NCBI GenBank assembly: GCA_036172245.1
Contig: JAYWIR010000011.1
Coordinates: 2,790,001-2,854,000, forward strand
Length of the DNA stretch: 64,000 bases
Origin: Raillietiella orientalis
Lineage: Eukaryota
Reading direction: 5' to 3'
Below, piece by piece: positions 1 through 13,665 of this stretch. The notes under the pieces are model-generated. The model saw nothing but the letters and a program-made list of their open reading frames with translations, was not told the DNA's origin and ran no database searches. The stretch's first letter is position 1. The number at the start of each line of letters is the position of its first letter. A program made the translations under genes and the position numbers.

Positions 1-1809
1 TGCACGCCTCATCACGGAATCCAATTACGGGGGCTCCGGGATTCATGCGCGCGCTCCCGTTTGACCCAGGAGGGTCCACGGGCCTAGATCCTCCTTTCTG
101 ATTGACTCTAAAACTTTTCAGCATGCTGCAGCATCTCATCACGGGAGGAGACCTGCAGAGAAACGGCTGCTGCTTGCCTGCCCGAATCCTCGCTCACCAA
201 CACGTTGCCTGAGCAGCCTCCCGTTTCCTCCGTTTCCCCCGAGGCAAGCTCGCCCAGGCTGAGCCAAAGCGATCGTTTGAGAACCACCCGCTATCCGACC
301 ACCCCGAGCGAGCTGGTTCGGCGGCGGACGAAACGTCCGGACCTCGGATCGCACTTGCTGCTTCCCTGTAGCGTCGCGCAAGCGTCTTCGCGTAGGTTTC
401 CGGTCGGCCCGAGAGGCGGAAAGCTAGGAAGTTGGCGGCACCGTCCGAATCTTTAGGGAGCATCCCGTGCCGCTTAGCCGGAAAGGGGAAGAGGGCCCCG
501 TGCAGTTCGGCACACCGTCAGTCCCTCCCTTTCTTCAACGGAAAAGGAACGCAAGCTGCTTGCGAAGAGTTCGCGGACTGTGACGGCAGCCGCGGAGGGC
601 GGTGCGGCGCGAGAGTGCGTGCTGCGCTCCCGTCCAGCCTTCCATGGGGAAGCGGAAGCTGCTTGCGTGTTCCGAGTCCGAGGTCTCCGTTCCAAAACCA
701 GAGGTCTCCGGCTCCAGCGAGATTCGCGGCGGCACATGCGTGAAGGCCATTGGAGGAAAAGATCGCCCTCCTGCCCCCTGAGCCCCGTGGACGTCCTCTG
801 GGACCCTTCCCTCCTTCCTTCCCTCCGGAATCCTTGCCGCCCTCCTCTGGCCGTATCGGGATCCCCAAGCAGTCCTGTGGAAACGTTCGCCGTTCCCCCT
901 TATGAGGTCCAACTCTTCCCCATCGCGCTCGCCGAGTCCGCTGGCTGCACCGCGGACGATCTCTCCTCGCCTGACACCTTCCTTTGAGATGCAAATTGGC
1001 TCCGAAGCGACTGATTAAGAAACACTCGAACGCCCAAGCAGTGCTTCGAGGTTCTGACGCCGCTCTCCGACGTCTTCGGCTTACGAAAATGCTAATAAAA
1101 ATAAAAAATGGCCCATCCGTTCCCTGATTCCAAACGGGAATGCGATCCCCACTCTCCGACACCAGGAGATAAATCGTGCTGGGTGTGCGAGAGACGGAGG
1201 AAGAAAACCCCAGAATTTACAGGTGGCGCTCGGCACGCGCGAGCATCTGGTCCACTCGTGCTGCACGTCTCGCGTTCCTTTGAAGTTGCCAGCAGCGGCA
1301 GCCCCGCGCACCGACCGCAGCTCCCTCTCCGTGCGTCGCGGAAGCACCGGGAAGGGCGGGCGATGGCCACCGCGGGCGCGTCGCCGTCGCGCCGGACGAC
1401 AGGAAGCTAGGACCAACTACGCAAGCCTTCTTGAAGCTCCCTGGCGCGCAGGAGGGGACTGGCAGCCGGAGACGGGGATCGCGCGCGCCCTCCCCGCTCG
1501 ACCCCAAACCACCAACTCTGCAGAAGAGCGGCAACGATGTTGTGGTGTAGGAAGGGGCGAGACGTGACCCCGTCCGCCTGCTGCGCAAGAGGGTGCTTGT
1601 CCCGCCCTCCGCATCTTTCAGGAAGTTCAGGAACGCAACGGCCCCGCAAGGCGATGTGCCAAAGGGACGACAGAAGGGATTGTTGAGCGTTGGGTGGGTC
1701 CCCAGCGCTGGAGGGCTAGGAAGGAAAAGCGAATGCCCGGCTTCGGCGTTCCGCCATAAATCCGCCGTGAATCCGCCGTGGACCACTCGATTTCTCCCGC
1801 ACACCAGCA

Positions 1810-2194
1810 ACACTCTGAAGAGGCAACCCCCTGAAAGGTGTATCAACCAGTTTCATGGTACGCGATGGATGGTCTCCCCCGAAGGCATTAAAGGCCTTCA
1901 TTTCACAACTGGAAGGAGGAAACCCCGAAGGAAACCGACTCCTTGATCCCTGGAAGGATCCTGGAAGGTCAACTTCCAATCCCGACCGGTCAACGGGGGC
2001 ATCCGGGAGTTTCTGGCTTTCACCAGTGCCGCACCCGAAGTCAACTGAGTCCAATCAGCGTCATCATGCGGAGGACACTCGAAACTCGCGGCGCACCATT
2101 TCTAGGCGCCGATCCTTGCTCGGACAGGATTCGAACCCGCGACGCTTTGGTGTCAGGCGCAAAGACCGCGGCCACACCGGCCGCCAACGCGGAC
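1810..2194 (-). mobile_element. tRNA-derived SINE, copy A (3'-truncated or degenerate)
   Basis: Minus strand reads GTCCGCGTTGGCGGCCGGTGTGG...GCCTGACACC...GGGTTCGAATCC (B-box at 2127-2137). The body (e.g. gatccctggaaggatcctggaaggtcaacttccaatcc) aligns by eye with 56235-56275 and with the reverse complement of 17665-17700 and 36320-36350. Confidence 0.65.
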
Positions 2195-5100
2195 ATGCTG
2201 TGGACCAGAAGAGAGGCAGAGGGGAATCCCTCTGACGAGTGAGGCGGGAGGCAGCCGAAAGGAAGACGCTTTCTTCGGGAACCAGAAAAGATTTGTGCTC
2301 GTCCACTTCTCCGGCGGAATCCAATGTTGATGGTTGAAAATTTCTGCGACGGAGAAGTCGGGAGCAGAGGATGGACTCCTCTCGTGAATACGCCCTGGAA
2401 GCAGGCGTGCCAGCGCGGGGGAGTCCAAGAGAATCGCTCTTTCCTTAGCGGGTGCACGCGGGAGGAGCGCCAAGGCGTGCATGTGAGCAGGATGTCTCCA
2501 GACGCCCGCATAACACGAAAGGCACCTTCCTTCTCTTTGGCTCCTCACCCCTCCCCTTCTTTCCCTTCACCGCTTTGCCCAAGACACGGAGCGCCGGAGA
2601 TGCGAGTTTCAATCCTCCGGAGGGATGAGGTCTGCTGGAGTTCCTTCTCTGATCAACCCTCCGAGATTCCTTCCATCCACGCCGGAGAGGGTGCATTGGA
2701 AGGCGTTTGTCTTCTTTTCTGCGGCCCCCTGCCGCCCCTCTCCTGAAGAGAGGCTCTGCAGTCGCCTTCTCTTTCCTCGGGACTGCATTCGTATTCCCAG
2801 CGCAGGTTACTGGGATCCGCGAAGCAGTCCCCTGCCACCAGGTCCTTCCGACTTTCGGAAGCCATTCTCTAACCTAGCTGCGCACTGGCAGGGCCTATCG
2901 GGCTTCAGTGTCTCCTCCCCCGCACAGGACGATCACCGACCCCTGTAAAGCAACAACCCGTAACCAGAAGAGAGGGAGGGGCCACGGGTCCCACCACATA
3001 GGTACGCCTATAGATTGCATATTCCTCCTCAAAGAAAAAGAAAAAGTCACGCGCATCCACGTCCCACTGCTTGTTGGACGAGCCATCAGACGCAAAGGTT
3101 GCATGTCTCTAGGCAGCAAAGGGACTCTCCCATCCTATTCCTCATCCAAATGCTCCAGAAGCTTGTATGAAGATGAAGGACAACTTCCGGAAGAAGACAG
3201 CTGCCCTCTTCCCTGACGTCGCATCTTCAGACTTTCTGAGGCGCGAGAGCACGGAGGGCGTCTACAGACCCAAAGCGGGCAAGGAGCTACCTCGGACCTC
3301 AGGTAGATCGGAGAGAGACCTAGCAGGAACGGCCGCAGGGCACGCAGTGATGTGTGGGAGGCATCGCTTCGATAGGGGGGTGGGGTGGAGTCGCACAGCT
3401 TCTTCGAACGAAGGGATTCGTATCGGCGAGCCATCTTCTTGCTCCACGGTCTCTTTGCTTTAGAGGTTTCACGCATCGGACCGGTGTTTCTCTTTTATTT
3501 CGTTTCCTTTCGTGTCCTTAGAAGGCAGCCATTTCGCTGCTCCGACGAACGGCATTGTTGGGAGGCAGCCATTTTGCTGTTTACCCTAAGCCACTTCACT
3601 CTCGCACTCTTCTTCTGCGGTATTTTATGGGTTGTGGTCTGGAGCTTCGGCTACAATGCGCGAGACCTGTTTGATGGCTCCTTCGTGGGGTTACTGCCGG
3701 CACTTTCCACCCCGCTGTTGACTGCGAGACGGAGGATTACCGGCAGAAAGGTGACGCCAAAGGTGCGTCTGCAGGCAGAAGGAATGGAAGCTCTCTTCGA
3801 GGCTCCGGCAGCCGTTTCTCAGCTCTTGTGCAGGCTTCGGGGAGGCTCGCACTCGTGGCCGGGTGGGGAGACCGGGACTCTTCCTCTCCAGGTCCTCCCC
3901 TTCCGCCACTACAGAAACCTTGCCTCCAGGACTGATTTCACCGAGGAACGATTTTGTGTTTGTCTTTCTACTTTCTCTGCTGCGTCTCTCGAGGCTACGC
4001 AGGTTTGCTCGAGAGGATCGCCTGTACACTTTGCAAGTGTGCCTACCGGGCGCGGCAGCGTTCCCGCGATCGCGCGGCATTCCCTCCGACGCAGGTGAGC
4101 GGGAGCCAGCAGGCAGCGACTGGTGGCTGCTGATTGGCTCGTTCGTTCCCAGGAAGAAAGGGAAAAGCAAAACAAGGGACGAAGAGTGCAACTGTTGAAT
4201 TTGTTTGCTGCGGTGCGCACCTCCTCATCTCCCACTTTCTCACTCTCTCCTTTTTTCAGGAAAAAAACAAGGTCGTTTTCGAAAGAAGAAGATCCAAGGC
4301 ATCTCTGGAGAACCGGTTGGCACCTCCGCCTTCGAGGGAAGTGCACGATTTCCTGCGTGACCAGCACTTTCCGTCCTCTTGCTTTCAGGAAGTGATCGGA
4401 AAATACCTTGGTCAATCCTGCAACAAGGAAGGTGCATCTCTTTTGCAGTGTTCGTCGGAATCTTCCGCGTGATCCACAGCGGCAGGCATGACCGCCGTCT
4501 ACAAAGGGATGGATCCGAAGTGTTCCAGGAGTCTCGAAGGTAGTCCCGGGACAGGCAGCTTCCCTTCAAGGGAAGACTGCCTGTTTGAACGTCGTGAAGC
4601 TCGGAGAGCGATATCCCTCCATCTCCATTACATCCATCTCGTTGGTGTGGGAGCACCGTCCACGCGACAGCGGAGGAGACGGGAGCTCTCTGCATAGGAG
4701 TTGGCGTGTCTAGGGAAGCCAGGACGGTTTTTACGCCATTGGTCTGGCGTCTCCCAGGCTCGCAAAAAAAAAAATAAAAACAAAAACAACACCAACGTCG
4801 TCTCCTGCCGAGCTTCTTTTATGGAGACGGTTTCGCTATGGAGCGTCAGTCATCGTCAGTCATCATCAGCACCGTGAATTTCCGATTCGCGAGGGACTCT
4901 TCTGCGTAGTCGGAAGGGCACCACGCCATCCACGCGCTCGAATGCCGTGGCGAATCAGGAAAGGTACCGATTCTGTGTCATCAACCTGGAATCGCCTTCT
5001 GCTCGATCCTTTGTGGCCACTCTTCGGATTTCGATTTCGATTCGCATCCACCTCCCCCCTCCCCATCCAAGCTGCGGAAGTCGTTCTTCTTCGGCTACGT

Positions 5101-5197
5101 CGTCGCTCGTCGTGGACGAAGGTGGTGGAGCGAGACAAAACTCTTCCCTTTTCTCTCTCACAAAGGAAGGCGCCACGGTGCCACCCGTGCCGCTACA

Positions 5198-5273
5198 AAA
5201 GAAGGGGTTCTCCTTTTTTTTTTTTTTTTTTTGTCCCTCCAGAGAGAAAAAAAAAACAAAGAAGGGGTCCTCC
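5198..5273. repeat. 16-bp direct repeat flanking T19 + 14 nt + A10 (possible minimal retroposon insertion with TSD)
   Basis: aaagaaggggt(t/c)ctcc at 5198-5213 and 5258-5273 (1 mismatch) brackets poly-T 5214-5232 and poly-A 5247-5256. Confidence 0.5.
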
Positions 5274-8200
5274 GCCGCATCGTGGATGGTGTCACGAAGA
5301 CCGTTCCTCCTTGAGCTGACAGAGGTGGGTGAGAAGAGTCGAAGCGAAACGAGCGCCGCAAGGCACAAGGCAGAAACTCACGTTCCACGACCGAGGAAGA
5401 CGGAGGATCACCTCTGGACAGCGCACGACACGGCGTGGCACTTCGAAGCCACCGGACCAGGGGAAGGTGAGGGCTTGTTCGGGACAAAATCGCGCCCCAG
5501 GGTATTCTCATAAAACCGTTTGTCCTTGGACTCGATTCCTATTCGATGCCTGACCGAACCACCTGCACCTACGAGCACCGCCCAGAAGGCGCTGGAGCTG
5601 ACGAGCGCGTAGAAGAGGTTATGCCTTCATCCACTGCACCTTCAGCCACCAAATGGGGATCACGGAACGAGAGGATGCAGTAGCGGATCAAGAGGACTAC
5701 GGTGGAACAAGCGGTGGGAACTGGTGTACCTCGACCATACCGTCCCAGAAGTCCACTGCGAAAGATCGGTCATCGTTCTCGGCGCGGTATACCAAGAGGA
5801 CACTCTCCAGGGAGATGGGTTGCACAAGGCAGAAGAAAAGAGCGCTCACGCCCAGCCATCGGACTCGCGCTTCTCCTCGAAGGGAGTCCCGGCGGCCGCT
5901 GCTGAGGAAGTCGCCATCGCTCTCCCTTGAGACCGTTGAGCAACCGACAGGCGGCGACGCACCACGGAGGCGGAAGACACCGAAAAGACAGGTAGACAGC
6001 CAAGCGCAAGAGGCAGGATGATTCGCAAAGGCACCCGGATTCCCAGAGGCGCGTACGGGAAGCGCCGGACGGGTCGCTGACCAAAGGGAGCCCGTGTCGG
6101 GGTTCCGTCCCGTGTTTCTTCTTGTTTCTTTGTCTGGGAATCTTTGTTCTCGGACAGTTTTTCAATAAACGCCCCGGCGCACCCGGGTGGAAAAACCAAA
6201 GGGAGCCCCGGAGCGCGCGCGCCCGGAAGACTCGCCAGAGCAAGACGAGCAGATGGGGCAGGGGGAGGGGGAAGGGCGAGAGAGCGCTCACCTCATCTCG
6301 CGCCCACACGGACGTGACGTCGTTCCGCGAGTGAAAAATTCCGAACGGGTTGCTAGGCGGTGCCGCCGCTGCTGCTGCACGTACGCCGTCGGATGCGGGA
6401 GCCGGAGCGGGAACGGGATTCCGGAAGCTCGCCGGACGTCGGACGGACAGGCGGTTTCCCGCCCGCTCAGGTGAAGAAACGGAGCCGAGCGTTCCGTCTA
6501 ATGCTGACGCGACACTCCGGCCGCGCTCCTTTCCCTACTCCTCCGTCATCGCCCCCCTTCTTCCTCCCCCACAGCTCGCGTCGCTTGCGGGGATTACACG
6601 TCACGGATCTCGGAAATCCGGATGTTGGTAAGGCGAACCCACTTTTCGTCCTTCCCTCCCCGGGAAGGGACTGGCCGAAGAAACGTGCGAAGCCAGCGGA
6701 CTCACTGGGGGGGATCCATATGTCGCGAGGGACGACCCCAGGCCTTCCCGCGCCTCCCGCTCCCAGATGGAGGAAGAAATTTTTAAACTGCAGCTTCCGG
6801 ATTGGATTCGAGGTGGTCCGGGTGCAGACCCCCTCCCCCTACGAACCGACCCACTCCTCTTCGGTGACCTTGGAATGAGGATGATGATGCACAGGAGGTC
6901 CACACCTTGAAGGGATGCCTCTGGGAAAGCCACTTCTCTAGCGCTCCCCCCTTCTCTCCGGCGATAAATCTTTGTAGGGCTGGGACGACCCCGTGAGCTC
7001 GCTCTCCCTCCTTAACGTTCTCCCTCCAGGGATCCCCTGGGGTCCAGGTTCGCGGAGTATTTCAACCCGAGGAAGTGAGGCTCTGAGGGACCCCTCATGG
7101 GAAGAAAGGGGCGCTGCCTCCACGCCCCTGGCGGACGCGGATGAAAGCGTGAGGCGCTTCCCGCCGGCCGATGAAAGTCCTCGCGGGGAGGAAGCGGGAG
7201 GACCCCCTTTTGAGGGCTTTGCGGCGCGTCCACCGGGGTTGGCGGCAGGTGAGCTGGCTGCTGCTGCTGCCTCCTCCAGGAGCCGACGCGAATTCTCTCG
7301 GGAAGAACGGAGCCGGGTGGACGCCAGGCTTTTCCGTTCTTCGGCCTTTTGGGAAAGGGGGGGGGGGGCAGCGACGGCTCGTCACTTCCGCGGCTCGAGA
7401 GCGCCCGCGTATGATTCCCCAGGGAGCGGATGCTGCAGGATGGAAGGGCAACACAGCCACCGCTAGCGCTCCGGGAAATGCCTCAAGAAAATTAAGGCGA
7501 ACGCCGGATTGGAAGCGAAGTGTGCCTGCGAGGGTCCGGCGTGCGAACCGGATGGGGAAAGATCGTCCCGATGTCGGTGGAAGGCAGAGGAAGGAACGGG
7601 ACGTCCATCAAATAGAAGTGGGAGAGGATGCGCAAGGGGGAGGGGAGGGGGTGATTTGCCCGGGGGGAAGGAGCGCCGATAGCAAGCCCAGGCAGGGAGC
7701 AAGAAGGGACAGCTTCGATCCGCAGAGATGCCGGGCAGCTGCCGCCACCACTGCCCGGAGAGCCCCACCCTGAAAGGTCCCTTCCCGCCTCTCTCGTCGG
7801 GCAGCAACGAAGGCAGGATCTCTGGAGGGAGTGAGCAGTCACCGCCACCCTCTCATGACAAATCTTCGAGCGTGCGAGGAACGAGCGGGAGACAGGAAGG
7901 GGGTGGGGAGCACATAAAAACACACACACACACAAAATGGAAATGACGTAAGCAGCACGCCAGGCAAAAAGATCAAAGTAGAGATGGACGAGGCCGCTCG
8001 GTTTTCCGGTTTTCTCGAAGCTTCCAAGAGCGGGTGACTCGGACCCAGAGCCCGCGGGAGTCCCAGCGGACTGAGGCCGCCCGCTCGTTAGAGAGTGGCG
8101 AGGGGGAGGAGGAGGAGGCTGGCAGCGGATAGGGCGTTCCGCCGAGGGCGCCCGGGCGCCTCGGCGGGGCGCGCGCGGAACCTTCCCAGAAGCCGGGACT

Positions 8201-9257
8201 CCTCGGAGAGGCTGGCTCTGCGCTGCCCTGCAGAGGGGTCCCTCGAGACGTGATTTCCCTTCTGCTCCCCCCCCCCGGCGAATAGGCGGGCGGGCGGGAG
8301 TCAGCCGCCGCCCCGCAGGACGTGGCCGCGCAGGGGTAAAACCAGCAGGGAAATCTTCGAGGCGTCCCTCGGAAATTTCCCTCGCAACTTCCCGTCTCCC
8401 CTGCCGTTCCCGGGCGCTCGGAACTTTCATCGGGAACTTCTCGACATCAATAAGCGGGCGCCTCATTTCCTTCCCTGTCCAGGGCAGGGGAGCGCTCGGG
8501 TGGCGCCATCGGAACGGGGAGGTGTCCAGCATCCTTCTCTTCCCATCCCGGAAACAGCAGGGAGCGGGCCGGGAAAGCGGGCCCTTGCGCAGGGTGGAGG
8601 ACACGGGCCGCCGAGAGATCTCAAGCCCGCTTTCCTCCGCCTTCGGCATGGGAGGCGAAGGATGCCGGGCGGCCTCCAGTCGCACCCCTCCCCTCCCCTC
8701 TTCTTCTCCCTGTCACGAGAGAGTCCCGCTCTCTCGTGACGAAGGGGCCAAATTGGTGAGTGCCCAGGCCCTCGCGGACACTCCCGTTTCCCTGATGCCC
8801 CTCCGACCTTTTGGGAGCTCTCGGGGAGAAAGGAGGCGGCTGCAGCTTCCAGGATTTCTCGTCCCGAAAGCGCAGAGCGAATTCCAGCGCCACGAACCGG
8901 TGGAGGGCAGCGGTTCCGCTCTCCCACCGACCCCATCCAGCTGGCCCCGACTCAAGGGGAAAGGAGGGAGGCAGAGAGGTTCCCCTCCTCCCTTCTCCGA
9001 GGCAGTGAATTCTCACCTCTTCCCAGGGATTTCTCCGGAATTTCTCCGGGATTCGCATCCTACCGGGACACATTCCGGCAAGATGCGGATCGGGAGGCCG
9101 GGGTGTCGGAAAGGGGAAAGGAAGCATTCAGGGATGGTCAGGGTCGCGTCCTCGCCGCGGGAGATGGAGGCGTTCCCGCCTGCGCCATCTCCCCGTCTCC
9201 CGGGAAACCCGGCTGGGCTGCCGGAGAGGCGCCTCCTTCCTCGCACCGGTAAGCGAA

Positions 9258-9325
9258 CGGAAGGAACTCGCACCTTCCCGGACCTCCTTGGCTGCGGCAA
9301 CGCCCAGTCCTCCCAGGAGAAGGGA
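9258..9325 (+). repeat. Dispersed repeat core (unclassified), copy 1
   Basis: cggaaggaactcgcaccttcccggacctcc...cggcaacgcccag...gagaaggg recurs at 10176-10243; weaker inverted similarity near 26860-26930. Confidence 0.6.
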
Positions 9326-10175
9326 AAGGGACGACTCTCGTTCGTTTCCCTTTTCCAGGAATCCCTGCATGTTGGAATTCTCCGGTAGGAGACTCGGAGA
9401 AGACCCACTCTTCTTGCGTGGAAGGAAGGCGGAAGCCTAGCCGCTCCTTATCACCCTGGAACCTTACTGCCACAACTCCCACTGCCATCCCGCTTCGCCC
9501 CGGAGAGAAGTCTCCACTCCCGGAAGTGTGGAAGAGGGAACAGGTCGGGAGGAGGAAGGAAGGGAGGACTACGGGGCACTTCTTCCATCCCTGCATCTCC
9601 TGGGTCGTCTCTTCCCCTCCTTTGCCTTTTTCTGTGCCTTCATTACGAGAAGTGCGGACGCCGCGACGGCAGTGTCATCTCCTAGCGGCAGCAGCAAGTT
9701 CCCGAGGGTGATGCCGCAGCTCACTGCACCCCCTTTCCCTCCCCCTCCTCTCTATTCGGACGCCTTGTCATCCGACCCCCCTTTGCCTGTGAAACCGCTC
9801 AGACGGAGTCGCTGCGGCAACAGTCTGCCCGAGAATAACGGATACCCTCCCGCGCCGAGTCCGGCGGAGAAGCTCCCGTGCGCGTCTGCGGAGGGACACA
9901 GAGAGAGGTCGCAGCCGCCGCCGATCCCGTCCCGCCACTCCCTCTCCCTCCCCTAAAGGCAGAGATCACCCTCTGCCTCTCCCCTTTTTTTCTCTCTTCT
10001 CTAGCACTTCCAGGCGGCGTCTCTTCCGGCACCCTGCGGCGACTTCCCGGAGGCGCTGTGAGCAGAAAGAACGAGCGCTGGCACCGCACCTGGGTGGTGG
10101 GACGCCTCAGGGTGGCTCCCGATGTGCGTGACGTTGCCCCTCCCTCCACCGCGCGCGAGCGGGCGGGCGGGAAGC

Positions 10176-10243
10176 CGGAAGGAGCTCGCGCTTTCCCGGA
10201 CCTCCGTCGCCTCGGCAACGCCCAGCACCCCTCGCGAGAAGGG
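10176..10243 (+). repeat. Dispersed repeat core (unclassified), copy 2
   Basis: cggaaggagctcgcgctttcccggacctcc...cggcaacgcccag...gagaaggg matches 9258-9325. Confidence 0.6.
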
Positions 10244-13200
10244 CGGGAGCGACCCGAGGGTACGGGAAACGGCGGTGCGCGTGAGTCGCACGGGGAAAGA
10301 GAAGGGGAGGAAAGAGAGAGAGAGGAAGGGGGAGGGACTTACCGGGAACGATGGAGGCCGGCGTCGTCTGGATGCTCGTCCTTGCGTGGACGCAGACGAG
10401 AATGAGCGTCAGGAAGCGCCCCCAGGGCTGGGCGGCGCTGAGGGACATCCGGGAGGGGAGGAGGCGTTCGTTCGCCTTTCGAGCCGCGTCGGCCCAGCCG
10501 CCGGCTTGCCGACTCTTCCGGGGGAGGAGGAGAGCAGGGCGGTCCATCGCAGTGGAAGGCGGGAGGGCCCCCCTCGAGAGGGTCTCCCGATGCGCCTCCT
10601 TCGCACAAGGGGTGGCTTCTACGGCCTCCAGGTCCCGCGAGCGGTTCCCCCTCTTGCCCCCGGCGGCATCCGGGAAGGGCCGAGGACTTGCTGCCGCTCG
10701 CGTCCCTCTGTCCATTCGTTCTCTCCCCGGAGGGGAACAAAGGGGGGGTCCCGCTGGCCGGGAGGAAAGAGGGAGGAGGGGAGATACGTCCCCGCTCCTT
10801 CTCCTCGGAGCACCCCGGGGGTGGGCTGCGGAATGGGCAGGTAAGGTCTCCCTACGAGTCGATCGACCCTCCTCGGGCCGCCGGGGGGGGCTGCGCGGGC
10901 CGGGGCTCCGGCGGTCCGCGTCCCGGATTCTTGGCTTTCCTCCCTTCCGGGGGTGTTGTCCCGCCTCTCATCCCGGCGGAGGGGTCGGAGGAGGCGGCGG
11001 CCCCCTTCCCTGCCCTCCTCCCGGAGAAGGGGGCTGGATGAGGCGGGGGATAAAGGGGTCCTCTTCTTCCTGGACCCGTTCCGGATGCGTTTGGACTCAC
11101 CCGAGGGTGGTGACGGCAGGTGCAGGAGGGAGGAATGGGAAGGGAGGCGCGCGCTCCTTTCCCGAGAAGAGCGCGAAGGGGACAGGCAGGGGCGGGCGAG
11201 CAGCTCCCGAAAGGGCCGCGCGACGGAGCGGGAGGAGGGGCGGGCGGGCGGGCGAGGGTCTTCACTGCGTCGGGAGAGCGGCTCCTGTAGCCATCATCCC
11301 GAGCCACCTGCGTCCCTCGACTGCGGGCTGCTCCCGAGCGGCTCGACCGGAGCGCCCGACTTCCGCCGCCGCCGCGCACGCGCGCGCACTTGCGCGGTGG
11401 CGGCGGCGCCCGGTACCGCCCTTGGGAAGGGAGTCGTCGCCGCCTCCGTCCCGCCTGCCCTCCGGCGCTTCCTCGCCCTCCCCCTTCGTCTGGGAGGGAC
11501 TCGCAAGGCCAGAGCAAGGAGGGGAGAGACGACTCAACTCCCCGCCCTCTCCCCCCCCCCGTCCTCGCCACCGTCCTCTTTGCCCTGGAGAGACTCAGGC
11601 GTCCTCGGACCTTATTTGCCGTCCTCCACACCGTGACCTCTCCGGCCTCAGGGGGATCCGGGCCCAGGATCAGCATCCCCTGTCCCTCTCCGCAGCCTGG
11701 GAGTGGAGGCGAAGCCGGAACAGCCACAACACGGGAGGGGCGTTGCGGAGTCCAGGATGGGGCAGCTCGGCACTCCCTTGCCAATACCCCTCCTTCCCTC
11801 TTTCCGGTGTTTCTTCCTGGAAGAGGAGGCTTCTCCGGAGAGTCGGGGACGAGACGCGTTCTCCTCCTCCTGGAGGGAATCGGGAGGAATCCCCGAGACT
11901 AATCCGATTCCCTCGGGACCCTCCCGCTCCCGGGAAGAATTCTTTTCTCGTCTCCCAAGGAGCCGCGGGAAACCGACGCCCTTTGAGGGGTTCCACGGTC
12001 CAGACGGCGCATCCGGGAGCACGAAATCTCGCCATCGGGAGGAGTGAGGAAGAGGTCTCCGAGTGGCCAAGAGGCAGCGGTGCATCTTTCCCCCTCCTAT
12101 TCTTCCGCTCTCGCCGCAGGGTGGGCAAAAAATGCCGTGCTCCGGGGGGTCCCTGTCTGGTCCCAGTCTCGCGGAAAGGGGTTCTGTGTAGCCAATGACC
12201 CCCCCCTGTGTGTTCTCGAGCAAGGGCACCTCTCTGATCCTTCTGAGATCACCCCTGGTGTTCTGGTTCCGCGGGTCTCTTTGCCCAGGGAGACGCCGCG
12301 GCGTTTGCGGTACCAGGCGAGGCTGTCCCGGCCACCCTTGGGAGACAGGCAGGGGACTGGAAGTGTCCGGGAGGGGGATCAGACGAAAGGAGAGGGAGCA
12401 GGGAGCCACACCCTGTCCCTTGCCAATCCCTTCGGGAGCATTCCTTCTTGGCGAGGGCTGGCGAAGGGCGCTCCTTTGACGGCTGCGCAGCAGGTTTACC
12501 CTTCCGTTCGTGCCTTGAGGGGATTCCCCTCGCGCATGGAATCAAAGATGACTCCCGCCCCCCTTCCCTACCCTCCTTCGCAGCCTCGCCTTCCTTCATT
12601 TTCGGGAAATCCCTGAGACCTCCTTCCTCTCTCGGAACGGACGACCCTTCACCATTCCGGGAGAGCAGCGCGAACATAGCCTTGCGGCAGCCTGGCGAGG
12701 TCCTGGCGAGCGTCCGAAGGGCCTCGCCGGCCGATCTCTGGGCGTTCGCGACCTGCGTAGATAGACTGGACTTCTCCTTCACACAGCCTGCTGCCGGATG
12801 CGTCGAGATGGTGACCTCCGGTGCTTCCGACGCCAAGAGGGTGCCCACGACGACCTTTCCTGGCGCCTCCCTGAAACGCAGCACCAGCTGGTGGAACTCA
12901 GAGGGCGCCGCAGCGTCTTGCTGCGCAACGAGGCCCGCAGACCTCCATCTTCCGAGCAAAGACTAGCAGCAGCCGACTGTGCCATGAGACGGCATCGCAC
13001 CAGCTGGCGCGCCCGAGGTCGGCCACAAGGAGCCTGCTGGCGAAGCAGCAGGAGTAGGACCGGAGCCTGGAGTCGCTGCCCTCCGACGCGCCAGGGCACT
13101 CAGGTCGGCCTGGATGGGCGCCAACGCGAAGAGGCGTGTCGGCTTGCCGAGGAAGTCGCTGCGCGTCAACAAGGTCGAGGAGCTCGTCAGCCCCAGCAAG

Positions 13201-13665
13201 CTCACACCAGTCTCAGCTCGGTCGCCACGGGTCTGGTGGAGCTGCGCGAGTCCACCCTGAGGCTATTGAAGCCGCCGACGCCTGGCTGCGGTCCGCGGCC
13301 CATGAGCCGCGGACCGCCACGACCGCCGACTCGTATCACTCCGGTGGCGCAGGAGGTGGGGGGCCGCGCAGGCCCCGGCAACACGCGCCTCTCCCGAGGG
13401 AGCTTCCCTCCCACCGGCCCGCATCCTCGAGCGCTCAGAGGTTCCTCATGCGTTGAGAGGATGCGGAGATCTGCGGAAACCACGGGATTCAGGAGAATCG
13501 TTGCGGGCAGAGGGAGGCGACTCCCCTTCCAGAAGCGAAGAGGAAATTCCCTTAAGGGATCAGGGAGTTCCCGACGGAGTGGCGACGAAAGGCAGAACTC
13601 AAAGAGCCTGCAGTTCGCTTCCGGAGACAGAGGTCCGAAGAAGGGAGCGTTCTCCGAGGTGGAGG

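Noticed and set aside
2232..2260. Hammerhead-like CTGACGAG...CGAAA
   Set aside because: No proper stem II next to the core and no stems I/III with a cleavage triplet.
7341..7352. 12-nt match to the U2 snRNA 5' region (tcggccttttgg)
   Set aside because: Similarity does not extend, and there is no adjacent RLE element end.
7492..8685. 397-aa ORF
   Set aside because: Shadow ORF of GC-rich sequence that runs through a (GT)n tract.
10351..12198. 615-aa ORF
   Set aside because: Arg/Gly/Pro/Ser-rich translation of very GC-rich DNA, long ORFs in several overlapping frames, no domain motif.
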